Assembly (NCBI GenBank): GCA_963771355.1
Contig: CAVYTA010000006.1
Span: forward strand, 1,312,001 to 1,376,000
Source of the DNA: an uncultured Candidatus Rokubacteria bacterium
GTDB lineage: Bacteria; Methylomirabilota; Methylomirabilia; Rokubacteriales; CSP1-6
Reading direction: 5' to 3'
Length of the DNA: 64,000 nt
In this document: positions 23,322 to 34,099 of the stretch, piece by piece
Numbering within the stretch: the first letter of the stretch is position 1
Layout of the letters: the number at the start of each line of letters is the position of its first letter
Translations under genes and position numbers: made by a program
The notes under the pieces: model-generated
Told to the model about the DNA's origin: nothing
Database searches by the model: none
What the model saw: only the letters and a program-made list of their open reading frames with translations

Positions 23322-23775
23322 ACCGCCCGTCCGCCGCCTTCTCCCCCCCGGGGGAGAGGGTGCGGGCCGACGCCCGCGTCATCGCGCTCTCGAGGATCCG
23401 CATCGCCATGGCGATCGGGCCCAGGATCCCCGCCACCAGCACCCCGAAGATCAGCTCGTTCAGCAGGGGATCCGCGCGACCGGTCAGCCACAGCACGCCC
23501 CAGAGCGCCAACACGCAGCCGAGCGCGACCAGGAGCAGACGGCGGCCCCGACGGAGCCGCCGCTCGGCGGCGTCGAAGATCGAGCCGCGTCCGGCCGAGA
23601 CATCGGCGCGGGCCGCCTCCGCCGCGATCCGGGCCGCGCCGCGGGCGACGAGGCCGGACGCCGTCAGGGCCAGCACGATGACGATGACGCCCCAGACCAG
23701 GAGCCACGGCACCAGCGCGGCCAGCCGCGGCATCGCGGCGGCCAGGTGGGGCGTGAGCTCCGCCACCGTCGGCAT
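23299..23775 (-). CDS. Hypothetical membrane protein
   Basis: About three hydrophobic stretches; directly downstream of the carboxyltransferase gene; overlaps sigma gene 3' end. Confidence 0.55.
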   Translation of the reverse strand: MPTVAELTPHLAAAMPRLAALVPWLLVWGVIVIVLALTASGLVARGAARIAAEAARADVSAGRGSIFDAAERRLRRGRRLLLVALGCVLALWGVLWLTGRADPLLNELIFGVLVAGILGPIAMAMRILESAMTRASARTLSPGGEKAADGRSSSRRRL

Positions 23776-23794
23776 GGCTACCGGTGGCGGGCTG

Positions 23795-25345
23795 CTACAC
23801 GGGCATGACGCCGTGCTTCTTCCACGGCCGCTCCACCTTCTTGGTCCGCGCCATCGCGAGGGCCCGGATGAGCACGGGGCGCGTCTCCCGCGGATCGATC
23901 ACGTCGTCGATGAAGGCCCCGCCCGCGGCGATATAGGGATTGATGAGCCGGCGGAACTCCTCCACCCGCCGCGCCCGCTCCTCGTCCGGATTCGCCGCCC
24001 CCGCGATCTCCTTCCGGAAGATGATATTGGTGCCGCCCTCGGGGCCCATCACCGAGATCTCCGCGGTCGGCCAGGCCACGATGAGGTCGGCCTCGTAGGC
24101 CTTGCCGCACATGACGAAGTACCCGGCGCCGTACGCCTTGCGCAGCACCACCGTGAGCTTGGGCACGGTGGCCTCGCTCACGGCATACAGCATCTTGGCC
24201 CCGTGGCGAATGATGCCCTGCCGCTCCACCTTGGAGCCGACGAGGAAGCCCGGCACGTCCTGGAGGAACAGCAGCGGGATGTGGAACGCGTCGCACAGCA
24301 TGATGAACCGGGCCGCCTTGTCGGCCGCGTCCACGTCGAGCGCGCCGCCCAGCACCATGGGCTGGTTGGCCACCACGCCCACCGGTCGGCCTCCCAGCCG
24401 GGCCAGCGCGGTGACGAGGTTCCGCGCCCACCCCGGCTTGATCTCGAAGAAGTGCCCGTGGTCCACCACCGCGGCGATGACCTTCTTCACGTCATACGCG
24501 CGGCGCGCGCTGTCCGGCACCACCGTGAGGAGAGCCTCGTCCATCCGGTCCGCGGGATCGTCGCAGGGGAGCACCGGCGGCGCCTCCAGATTCGACGAGG
24601 GGAAAAAGGAGAGATACTCCTTCACCGCGGCGAGGCAGGCGGCGTCGTCCGCCACCTCGAGGTCGGCCACCCCGGAGATCTCGGTGTGGACCTTGGATCC
24701 TCCCAGCTCCTCGGGCGTGACATCCTCCCCCACCACCGCCTTCACCAGCGGCGGCCCGCCGAGCGCCATGTGGCTGGTCCCCTTCACCATGGGGACGAAG
24801 TCGGACAGCGCGGGGATATAGGCCGTGCCCGCTGCGCCCGGCCCCATCATGGCGGCCACCATGGGGACCACGCCGGACATGATGGATTCCTCCCGAAAGA
24901 GGTAACCGGACTGGGCGAAGCTGGAACCGATCGCCTCCTGGATGCGCGCGCCCGCGGAGTCGATGAGCCAGATCATCGGCATGCGCTTGGTGAGCGCGAT
25001 CTCCCGCGCGCGATTGCACTTCACTTCCGCGGTGCGCCCCATGGAGCCCGCCATCACCGTGAAGTCGTAGGCGATGAGGGAAGCGGGCCGCCCGCCGATC
25101 TGGCCGAAGCCGGTGACCACGCCGTCGGCCGGCGTCTCCTTGCCTCGCATCGCGGGTGAGATATTGGCGTGGGTGGCGAGGAGACCGATCTCCTGGAAGG
25201 AGCCCGCGTCGAAGAGGCGGTCGACTCGCTCGCGCACGGTGAGCTTGCCCTCGCCGTGCTGCTTCGCAATGGCCTCGGGCCCGCCCATGGCCAGCGCCCG
25301 CTGGCGGCGCGCGCGAAGCTCCTCCACCAGCTCCTTCATGCCCAT
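23795..25345 (-). CDS. Acyl-CoA carboxylase carboxyltransferase (beta) subunit
   Basis: GKLTVRER, DFTVMAGS, DSAGARIQE, LGGSKVH, DVPGFLVG, GIIRHGAK, RKAYGAG, KKHGVMPV. Confidence 0.96.
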   Translation of the reverse strand: MGMKELVEELRARRQRALAMGGPEAIAKQHGEGKLTVRERVDRLFDAGSFQEIGLLATHANISPAMRGKETPADGVVTGFGQIGGRPASLIAYDFTVMAGSMGRTAEVKCNRAREIALTKRMPMIWLIDSAGARIQEAIGSSFAQSGYLFREESIMSGVVPMVAAMMGPGAAGTAYIPALSDFVPMVKGTSHMALGGPPLVKAVVGEDVTPEELGGSKVHTEISGVADLEVADDAACLAAVKEYLSFFPSSNLEAPPVLPCDDPADRMDEALLTVVPDSARRAYDVKKVIAAVVDHGHFFEIKPGWARNLVTALARLGGRPVGVVANQPMVLGGALDVDAADKAARFIMLCDAFHIPLLFLQDVPGFLVGSKVERQGIIRHGAKMLYAVSEATVPKLTVVLRKAYGAGYFVMCGKAYEADLIVAWPTAEISVMGPEGGTNIIFRKEIAGAANPDEERARRVEEFRRLINPYIAAGGAFIDDVIDPRETRPVLIRALAMARTKKVERPWKKHGVMPV

Positions 25346-25425
25346 GGCGGACATCCTTCCGGCGGTAATTCAGTTGCGCGCATTTTTTCCACCTTCGCTC
25401 GCCTCGCCTTCGGCTGCGGCTCGCC

Positions 25426-25932
25426 CTACCCTTTCACGACCGACGTGCGGTAGGAATTGATCCCGGTATCCGGCGGGGAGCCGCTGATGAGGGTGAGCAT
25501 GGTGGCGGCCTCGCTGCGGTGGTGGGTGGCGTGGTTCACCACGTGCTGTAGGAGCGCGCCCAGGGCCACGCGGAACTGGACTCCCTCGGTGTTCCGGTAC
25601 TCGATGGGCCGCGTGAGGTCGGCCTCCCCCAGCGCCTCCACGAAGGCGCGCTGCTCCGCCTCCAGCGCGTCCCAGCGCGCGCGGAGATCCCCCATGCTCG
25701 GGAAGTCGGCGTCACCGGACAGGCGCTTGGGCGACTCGCCCTTCCAGCGCGCGAGCCAGATCGAGTCGGCGCCGTACATGTGGGAGAACATTCCCTTGAG
25801 GGTGGGAAAGCTCCAGTGCTTGCCCAGGTCGCGCGTCACCGGCTCCGCGCCCAGGCCCGCCGCAATATCGAAGAGCCGGTGATTGGCCCAGCGGTGATAG
25901 TCGTAGTGCTCGCGGATCAGCGCCGTGCTCAT
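25426..25932 (-). CDS. DinB/YfiT-like family metalloprotein
   Basis: YHRWAN, H...AD.IWLAR, HVVNHATHHRSE motif. Confidence 0.9.
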   Translation of the reverse strand: MSTALIREHYDYHRWANHRLFDIAAGLGAEPVTRDLGKHWSFPTLKGMFSHMYGADSIWLARWKGESPKRLSGDADFPSMGDLRARWDALEAEQRAFVEALGEADLTRPIEYRNTEGVQFRVALGALLQHVVNHATHHRSEAATMLTLISGSPPDTGINSYRTSVVKG

Positions 25933-25964
25933 GTCGGTCTCCCTCGCTTCCGGTCTTTATTCGC

Positions 25965-26180
25965 CTACTCGAGAACGGCGACGATGTCGCCGTCCTGGAC
26001 CGTCTGGCCCTCCGCCACGCGGATCTCGCGGACCACCCCCGCGCGCGGAGCCTCCACGGGAATCTCCATCTTCATGGACTCGAGCACGATGACGGGGTCG
26101 CCCGCCGCCACCTTGTCCCCCGCCTTGCTGGTGATCTGGAAAACCACGCCCGTGATGTGGGCCTTGACGTCCTCAGGCAT
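25965..26180 (-). CDS. Stand-alone biotin carboxyl carrier protein
   Basis: [10 protein letters not shown] biotinylation motif, 71 aa. Confidence 0.95.
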   Translation of the reverse strand: MPEDVKAHITGVVFQITSKAGDKVAAGDPVIVLESMKMEIPVEAPRAGVVREIRVAEGQTVQDGDIVAVLE

Positions 26181-27517
26181 TGAACGCTCCTTGTTCGACC
26201 ATCTGGGTATGCACCCGGCCGGCGCGGAACGCCGCGCTCTCGAGCACGCGCCGGTGAAACGGGATGACGGTGCGGATCCCCTCCACGACGAAGCCGTCCA
26301 GCGCCGCCTGCATCCGTGCGAGAGCCTCCTCGCGGGTGGCGCCCCGGGTGATGAGCTTGGCCAGGAGCGGGTCGTAGTGTACCGAGACCTGCACCCCTTC
26401 CGCGACCCCGATCTCCAGCCGCACGCCGGGCCCCTCGGGCACGGCGAGGCGGGAGATCGTCCCGGGCGAGGGCATGAAGTTCTTGGCGGGATCCTCGGCG
26501 TAGATCCGGCACTCGATGGCGGCGCCGCGCTGGACGATCTCGTCCTGGCGCCACGGCAAGGGCTCGCCCGCGGCCACCCGCAGCTGGGCCTGGACGAGGT
26601 CCAGGCCCGTCACCTCCTCGGTGACCGGATGCTCGACCTGGAGCCGGGTGTTCATCTCGAGGAAGTAGAACTCGGAGCCCTTGACGATGAACTCCATGGT
26701 CCCCGCGTTGACATACCCGACCGCCCGCGCGCCCGCCACCGCGGCGGCGACCAGCTCCGCCTTCACGCCGGGCGCGAGCGCGGGCGCGGGACTCTCCTCG
26801 ATGAGCTTCTGGTGACGGCGCTGGATGGAGCACTCGCGCTCGTGCAGGTGGACGACCTCGCCCCGCGCGTCCCCGAACACCTGCACCTCCACGTGGCGGG
26901 CCTCGGCGAGATACCGCTCCACGAAGAGCGCGCCGGAGCCGAAGGCGGCCTGGGATCGCCGCTCCGCGGAAGCCCACGCCGCGGGCAGCGTGGCGGCGTC
27001 CGGCACCCGCACCATGCCGATGCCGCCCCCGCCCGCCGCCGCCTTGAGCATCACCGGATAGCCGATGCGATCGGCCAGCGTGACGTGCCGCTTCGAGCGA
27101 ATCAAGCGCGCCCTCGCTGCCGGGCACCACCGGCACCCCCGCGGCCTGCATCCGGCGGCGCGCCTCGACCTTGTCGCCCATCTGCTGGATGACGCGCCAC
27201 GGCGGCCCGATGAAGACGAGCCCGGCCTCCTCGCAGGCCTTGGCGAAGCGCCAGTTCTCCGAGAGGAATCCATACCCGGGATGGACGGCCTGCGCGCCCG
27301 TCTCGCGCGCGGCGGCGAGGATGCGGTCGACGTTCAAATAGCTGTCCCGGGCGGGCGCCGGGCCGATCGACACCGCCTGGTCGGCGTCCCGGACGTGAGG
27401 CCAGCCGGCGTCGGCCTCGGAGTAGACCGCGATCGCCTGCACCCCGAGGGCCCGGCAGCCGCGGATGACCCGGCGGGCGATCTCCCCGCGATTGGCGACG
27501 AGGACGCTCGAGAGCAC
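26173..27517 (-). pseudogene. Biotin carboxylase subunit interrupted by a 1-nt frameshift near 27086 (possibly a sequencing error)
   Basis: N-terminal frame has [23 protein letters not shown]-terminal frame has [43 protein letters not shown]; span 1345 nt = 448 codons + 1. Confidence 0.9.
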
Positions 27518-27523
27518 GCGCGG

Positions 27524-28495
27524 TCAGGCGGAGCGGGCGGCCCGAACGTGGGCCACGTCGAGGGCCTGTGCGCGCCAGCCCTCCGGCCCGCCCGCCCAGC
27601 GGGCGGCCAGCGTCACCGATCCGTCGGGACCATCCAGGCGGAGCTTCAGGAGCAGCTGCCGGCCGATGCGCGTGGCGGCCACGATCTCGTGGTGGGTGAA
27701 GCGGGCGGCCGCGAGCACGGAGTCCTCGGCCTCACTCCAGACGGCGTCGCCGGCCAGCCAGCGGCGCACGGCGGGGGCGTCGCGCGCGACCAGGGCGTCA
27801 CCCAGCGCGGCGGCGGCGGCCCGCAGGTCGTCGGGCACGGGCCAGCGGGCGGGCCGGGTCTCGAGACGGATGAACTCCTCCGCCTCCGTCATGCCCTCGG
27901 GCGAGACCGGCGCCGGCACCGGCGCGGGCAGGCCCTCGCCGGTGACCCCGCCCGCGGCGGCGAGCAGCCCACCCAGCCGCTCCGCCCACGCGGCCGCGCG
28001 GGTCTCGGCCGCAGGCGTGGTGGCGAGATGTGCGAGCACGCGCTCGCCCGCCGTGATGTGGCGGCGCTCGTCCTCGGCGCAGCGCGCGAGGATGCGACGG
28101 GTGGGCGGCTCGTAGACGGCGTTGGCGCTGGCGAGGTCGCGCTCGTAGGCGGCCAGCAGATGGGGCTTGAGCACGCGGTACACGCCCACCAGCCGCTCCA
28201 CCGTCAGCTCCGGCGTCTCCGCCGACTCCAGGGCGTCCATGAAGGCGACGAAGCCCTCCCCGGCGGGCTCCGACTCCTGGGCATGGGCGCGCAGCTCGGG
28301 GAGCCGGCGACCGAGCGCGTCGGCGTGCTGGGCATTGTCCCAGACGTGCCGGCCCATGAGGAGCTTGGCGGAGATTTCGGGCGTCAGGGCGAGCCAGCCG
28401 CCCAGGACGCGCATCAGGCGCTCGGTGGCGTAGCGGTAGTGGCGAACGCGGCGGGCGGACTCCTCGACCGAGTGGGCACCTTCCAGCGGGTACAT
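27524..28495 (-). CDS. Ferritin-like domain protein with incomplete metal-ligand set plus C-terminal extension
   Basis: Start ATG 28495; helical pattern with WDNAQH and DERRH at ExxH-equivalent positions; 5 nt after DUF455-like gene. Confidence 0.75.
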   Translation of the reverse strand: MYPLEGAHSVEESARRVRHYRYATERLMRVLGGWLALTPEISAKLLMGRHVWDNAQHADALGRRLPELRAHAQESEPAGEGFVAFMDALESAETPELTVERLVGVYRVLKPHLLAAYERDLASANAVYEPPTRRILARCAEDERRHITAGERVLAHLATTPAAETRAAAWAERLGGLLAAAGGVTGEGLPAPVPAPVSPEGMTEAEEFIRLETRPARWPVPDDLRAAAAALGDALVARDAPAVRRWLAGDAVWSEAEDSVLAAARFTHHEIVAATRIGRQLLLKLRLDGPDGSVTLAARWAGGPEGWRAQALDVAHVRAARSA

Positions 28496-28500
28496 CGAGG

Positions 28501-29256
28501 CTAGTAGACCTGCGAGCGCTGCGTGGTCTTGATGAGGCGCTCGATCTCCTCGTCGGTGAAGCCGCCGAGCTGGCGCGCCTCCGTGGCGATCGAGATCAGC
28601 ACCGCGTCGTGATCCCCGTCCTGCCGCACGCCGCCCAGGTTGAAGCGCTCGTCGATGGTCTCCTGGAACTCGATGGCGCGGCGTCGACGCTCCGGATCGC
28701 CCTCGGTGAGCTTGGTGAGCCACTTCGAGCCCATGCGCACGTGGGTGATCTCGTCGGCGAGGACGAAGTCCACCGCGCGCTCCAGGATGGGATCGCCCAT
28801 CTTCCGCGCGATGTGGACGAGCTGATTGAACACGTCGCAGGCGAGCCCCTCGAGGCCGCGGTTCACGCCCGCCACCCGCGCCGCCGCGTCCTCGGCGCAG
28901 GCGCAGCGCCAGAGGATGGTGGTCTCCGGGAACTCCCCCACATAGCCGTCCAGGTGCTCGAGGAGCCGGAGATAGATCTCCAGGTGGCGGGACTCGTCCC
29001 AGACCTGGCGGGCCATGTCCAGGGTGAACTCCCAGGGCGCGTCGGGAAAGTCGTAGACGCTGCGCCCCGCGCCCTCCATGGCCTGCATCTCGCCCACCAT
29101 GATGCCGTGGACCCGCTCCTTGATGGACTCGCGGCTGCCGAGGTCGGGAAAGGGCGTGAGACCCTGCTCGACCTTGAGCTGCGCGACGTCCCGGGCCCGC
29201 ATGCGGACGAAGCGCTCCTCGCGGGCCAGCTTGTCGTAGGCGATCGGGCGATCCAT
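28501..29256 (-). CDS. DUF455-like ferritin-like diiron protein
   Basis: Start ATG 29256; GEMQAME, WDESRH, LEGLACD, ADEITHV give an E...ExxH...E...ExxH set. Confidence 0.85.
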   Translation of the reverse strand: MDRPIAYDKLAREERFVRMRARDVAQLKVEQGLTPFPDLGSRESIKERVHGIMVGEMQAMEGAGRSVYDFPDAPWEFTLDMARQVWDESRHLEIYLRLLEHLDGYVGEFPETTILWRCACAEDAAARVAGVNRGLEGLACDVFNQLVHIARKMGDPILERAVDFVLADEITHVRMGSKWLTKLTEGDPERRRRAIEFQETIDERFNLGGVRQDGDHDAVLISIATEARQLGGFTDEEIERLIKTTQRSQVY

Positions 29257-29275
29257 GAGTACCCCTTCCCGGCGA

Positions 29276-29293
29276 AATGAACCGCGGTTCATT
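29276..29293. promoter_or_regulatory. Perfect 18-bp palindromic operator over the predicted transcription start
   Basis: AATGAACCGCGGTTCATT is its own reverse complement; 1 nt downstream of the -10 box. Confidence 0.75.
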
Positions 29294-29294
29294 C

Positions 29295-29323
29295 AGTCTA
29301 GTCGAAGCTCGGGTCGAAGGCAA
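29295..29323 (-). promoter_or_regulatory. Sigma70-type promoter of the ferritin-like/carboxylase operon
   Basis: TTGCCT-N17-TAGACT. Confidence 0.7.
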
Positions 29324-29467
29324 TGCACCCCGCCGGGCGATCTCCTGATCGAGAAACGGATCGGGCCGATCAACGGTTGCCGCCTCCCGCCGGCCGAAGC
29401 CGCGGCGGCGCAGCGTCACCTCATCGAGGAGGGTCCCCCTCGATCGCGAGTGCTTGATTGAAGGGTG

Positions 29468-29516
29468 GCCGGAGGCGACGACGGCCGGCCTCGACGCCGG
29501 CCGCCGCCCCTCCGGC
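29468..29516 (-). terminator. Long GC-rich hairpin after the ABC operon
   Basis: GCCGGAGG-GGCGGCGGCCGGC-loop-GCCGGCCGTCGTC-G-CCTCCGGC just after the SBP stop; no strong U-tract. Confidence 0.5.
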
Positions 29517-29528
29517 GGGAACCGCCGA

Positions 29529-30704
29529 TTAGAAGGTCAGCGGATCGGTCAGGCGCACCCAGCGCCCGCCTTTCACCACGGCCAGGAACGAGGAGTTGGC
29601 GCCCTGATGCTTGTCGGGGCCGAAGCTGGCCTCGGGGCCGTTGAAGATGTCGCGGTAGCTCTTGATGGACTCGAGCGCCTTGACGAAGTTCTCGGTGGTC
29701 AGCTCAGGGCCGGTCTTCTCCAGGCCCAGCACGGTCAGGTCGGCGGCCACGTGCCCGTAGATCGCGCCGATGTTCGGGTCCACTTTGTAGCGGTCCTTGT
29801 AGCGGTCGAACCACTTCTGAGCGGCCGGGCTCAGCGTGTCGTGATAGGGCATGGCGGTGAGGCCCATGGCGTAGAGCCCTTCGGTCACGCCGCCCTGGGC
29901 CGCGGCCACGAAGAGATCGTAGCTGGCGGCCGAGCCGAGGAAGTCGACGTCGGTCCAGCCGATCTTCCGCGCCGTCGCGTAGGGGACGATCGAGTCGCGC
30001 ACGATGGTGCCGAGCACCACCAGATCGCAGTTGGCGGCCTTCAGCTTGGTGATCTGGGCGCTGAAGTCCTGGTCGGTCGGCTTGTGGGTGACCGTCTCCA
30101 CGATCTTGAGCTTCATCTTCTCCGCCTGCGCCTGCACACCGTCCACCACCTCCTTGCCGAAGTCGGTGTCCTGGTACATGGCGCAGAGGGCCTTCTTGCC
30201 CTTCTTGGTCACGAAGTAGTTGATGCCGGCACGCACCTGGTCCACGTAGCTGGCCGCGCCGTAGAACTTGAGCTTGTGGAAGGGCTCGTACATCGAGCGC
30301 GCCGCGGAGAGCGGAAAGAGGTTCGGCACCCCGGCGTCGAACTGGTCCTTGAAGAGCGCGTTGTTCATCGGGGTGCCGAGGCCGGCCACGATGGCGAAGA
30401 CCCGGTCGCGGTTGATGAGCTTGGCGCCGACCTGCACCGCGCGCGGCACCTGGTACTGGGTGTCCTCGACGACCAGCCGGATCTTGCGGCCGTTGACGCC
30501 GCCCGCCTCGTTGACCTCGTCGAAGCGCATCTTCACCGCATTCGACGACGAGACCCCGTAGGTGGCGGCGGGCCCGGAGAGATCGGTATGCATGCCGAGC
30601 ACGATCTCCGCCTTCGTCACGCCGCGGGTCTCCTTCTGGGCGGTGGCCACCCCGGCCACCGCCACCGCGGCGGCCAGCACGCTGACTGCCAGTAGCTTTC
30701 TCAT
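29529..30704 (-). CDS. ABC transporter substrate-binding protein (Liv/branched-chain type)
   Basis: Signal peptide; LGMHTDLSGP, NEAGGVNGRKI, ED..Y. Confidence 0.93.
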   Translation of the reverse strand: MRKLLAVSVLAAAVAVAGVATAQKETRGVTKAEIVLGMHTDLSGPAATYGVSSSNAVKMRFDEVNEAGGVNGRKIRLVVEDTQYQVPRAVQVGAKLINRDRVFAIVAGLGTPMNNALFKDQFDAGVPNLFPLSAARSMYEPFHKLKFYGAASYVDQVRAGINYFVTKKGKKALCAMYQDTDFGKEVVDGVQAQAEKMKLKIVETVTHKPTDQDFSAQITKLKAANCDLVVLGTIVRDSIVPYATARKIGWTDVDFLGSAASYDLFVAAAQGGVTEGLYAMGLTAMPYHDTLSPAAQKWFDRYKDRYKVDPNIGAIYGHVAADLTVLGLEKTGPELTTENFVKALESIKSYRDIFNGPEASFGPDKHQGANSSFLAVVKGGRWVRLTDPLTF

Positions 30705-32562
30705 GCCTCGCTCCTTTCGTACATGCCGTCGATGAGGTCCTTGTACTTCACGTTGATGAACGTGCGCTTCAGCTTCATGGTGGGGGTGAGCTCCTCGTCC
30801 TCCGCGGTGAGGAGTTGCTCGATCAGCCGGAACTTCTTGATGGTCTCCACCCGGGCGAGCTCCTTGTTCACCCGCTCGATCTCGCTCCAGATGAGATCCT
30901 GCACCTCGGGCGCCCGGCAGAGCGAGGTGAAGTTGCTGAAGGGGACGTCGCGCTCCTGGGCGAACTGGGCCACCGTCTCGTGGTCGATCATGACCAGGCA
31001 GGAGAGGAACTTGCGCCGGTCGCCGATCACCACCGCGTCGGAGATGTAGGGCGAGAACTTGAGCTGGTTCTCGATCTCGGAAGGAGTGACGTTCTTGCCC
31101 CCGGCGGTGATGATGATGTCCTTCATGCGGTCGGTGATCCGCACGAACCCTTCCTCATCCATGGTCCCGACGTCGCCGGTGTGGAGCCAGCCGTCCACCA
31201 CCGTCTCCGCCGTCTTGTCCGGCTTGCCGTAGTAGCCGAGGAAGACGTGCGGGCCCTTCAGGAGGATTTCGCCGTCGGGGGACAGGCGGACGTGCGTATC
31301 CGGCCGGGCGGTGCCCACCGTGCCGAGCTTGATCCGGTCGCGCGGCATGGCGGTGGCGAGACCGGTATTCTCGGTCTGGCCGTACACCTCCGTCATGTTG
31401 ATACCGAGCGCGAGGTACCAGCGGATCAGGTCCGGGGCGATGGGGGCGGCGCCGGTGGCCGCGCCGCGCGCCCGGTGGAGCCCGATGGAGCGCTTGACGT
31501 TGTCGAGCACCAGAAAGTCGGCGATGCGGAAGGCGAGGCGCTGGAGCAGGGACGGGCGCCGGCCCTGGATCTTTCCCTCCGCCAGGGCGAGGCCGACCCG
31601 GATGGCCTGTCCGTAGGCGAACCGGCCGAGCCAGGTGGCGTCGCGCATGCGGAGGGCCACCCCGGAGTAGAACTTCTCCCAGATGCGGGGCACCGCGAAG
31701 AACAGGGCGGGGGCGACTTCACGGATGTTGTCGGGCACCGTGTCGATGCTCTCCGCGAAGTTCACGGTGGAACCGGTGTAGAGCGGGTTGAAGACCGTGA
31801 ACGTCCGCTCGGCGATGTGGCACAGCGGGAGGAAGGAGAGCTGCTGGTCGCCCTCACGCAGCTCGGTGATGAAGTCGGCGTAGGCGAGCTGGAAGAGGAT
31901 GTTGCGGTGGCTCAGCATGGCGCCTTTGGGGGGCCCGGTGGTGCCGGAGGTGTAGACCAGGATGGCCAGGTCTTCGGGCTTCGGGATCTCGACCATGCGG
32001 TCGAAGGCCCCCGGGTGCTCGCGGTCGTACCGACCGCCGAGCTCGAGCAGCGCCTCGAAGGTCATGACCTGGTCGTCCTGGAAGCCGTGCAGACCCTCCA
32101 TGTCGTAGACGACGATCTTCACCAGGGCCGGGCAGCGCGCGCGCACTTCGAGGATCTTGTCGAGCTGCTCCTCGTTCTCCACGAAGAAGAAGCGGGTACC
32201 GCTGTCGTTGACGATGTACTCGACCTGGCGGGCGGAGTCGGTGGAGTAGATGCCGTTGGGGATGCCGGCCACCGACATGACGCCGAGATCGGTGTAGAGC
32301 CACTCCGGTCCGTTGTCCGCGAGGATCGCGACCACGTCGCGCGGCTCGAGCCCGAGCGCCACGAGCCCCAGGCCCACCCGCCGCGCCCGCTCGCCGTAGT
32401 CGCGCCAGGAGATACCCCGCCAGATGCCGAGGTGCTTCTCGCGCAGGGCCACGCGATCGCCCCGCTCGCGCACCACGTGGCGAAAGAGCCGGGGCAGGGT
32501 GTCCTGCCCGTGCACGGTGAAGGCCGCGCGATCGGACGAGGAGACCGGGCCGGGTGCCGTTC

Positions 32563-32572
<10 letters not shown>
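30701..32572 (-). CDS. Long-chain acyl-CoA synthetase (AMP-binding)
   Basis: Start ATG 32572; YTSGTTGPPKG, YGQTE, WLHTGD, DRMKDIIITAGGKN, ELTPTMKLKR. Confidence 0.95.
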
Positions 32573-33336
<764 letters not shown>

Positions 33337-33340
33337 CGGG

Positions 33341-34099
33341 TCAGCCTCCGAGGTACGCCTTGATCACGTCGGGATGCTCCTGCACTTCGCGTGACGTCCC
33401 GCAGGCCACCACGCGCCCGTAGTTCAACGCCAGCACCCGATCGGACACCGCGCTCACCAGGCTCATGTCGTGCTCGACCATGAGCACGGTGATGCCGAGC
33501 AGCGTGCGGATGTCCTGGATCCAGAAGGCCATGTCCGCGGTCTCCTCCACGCTGAGGCCGGAGGAGGGCTCGTCGAGCAGGAGCAGCGCCGGCTCGGTGC
33601 AGAGCGCGCGTCCCATCTCGACGACCTTCCGCACCCCGTAGGGCAGGTTCACCACGAGGCTGTCGCGATAGGCCTGCAGGGCGAGGAAGTCGATCACCTT
33701 CTCGGCCGCTTCGCGGTGGGCGCGCTCCCGCGCCCGTACGCTCGGCAGGAACAGCAGCTCGGCGGCCAGGTGCGGGCGGGCGTGGGCGTGACGGCCCAGG
33801 AGCAGGTTCTGCAGCACGGTGGCGTGCTCGAACAGCTCGATGTTCTGGAAGGTGCGCGCGACGCCGCGGCGGGCAATCTCGTGGGGCGGCACCTGGGTGA
33901 TGTCCTCGTCCCGGAAGATCAGGCGGCCCTGGGTCGGGTCGTAGATGCGGGAGATCAGGTTGAAGATCGTGGTCTTGCCCGCCCCGTTGGGCCCGATGAT
34001 GGTGAAGACCTGGCCCTGCTCGACCTCGAAGCTCACGCCGTCCACGGCCCGGATGCCCCCGAAGTTCACCACGAGCTCGTCGACGGCGAAGAACGTCAT
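33341..34099 (-). CDS. ABC ATP-binding protein (LivG-like)
   Basis: Start ATG 34099; GPNGAGKT, ARTFQN, LLDEP, VEHDM, VIKAYLG. Confidence 0.95.
   Translation of the reverse strand: MTFFAVDELVVNFGGIRAVDGVSFEVEQGQVFTIIGPNGAGKTTIFNLISRIYDPTQGRLIFRDEDITQVPPHEIARRGVARTFQNIELFEHATVLQNLLLGRHAHARPHLAAELLFLPSVRARERAHREAAEKVIDFLALQAYRDSLVVNLPYGVRKVVEMGRALCTEPALLLLDEPSSGLSVEETADMAFWIQDIRTLLGITVLMVEHDMSLVSAVSDRVLALNYGRVVACGTSREVQEHPDVIKAYLGG

Noticed and set aside
25396..25425. REP-like CGCTCGCCTCGCCTTCGGCTGCGGCTCGC
   Set aside because: Only one copy seen in the window, so it cannot be called a repeat
26072..27517. Programmed frameshifting in biotin carboxylase
   Set aside because: No slippery sequence at the switch point
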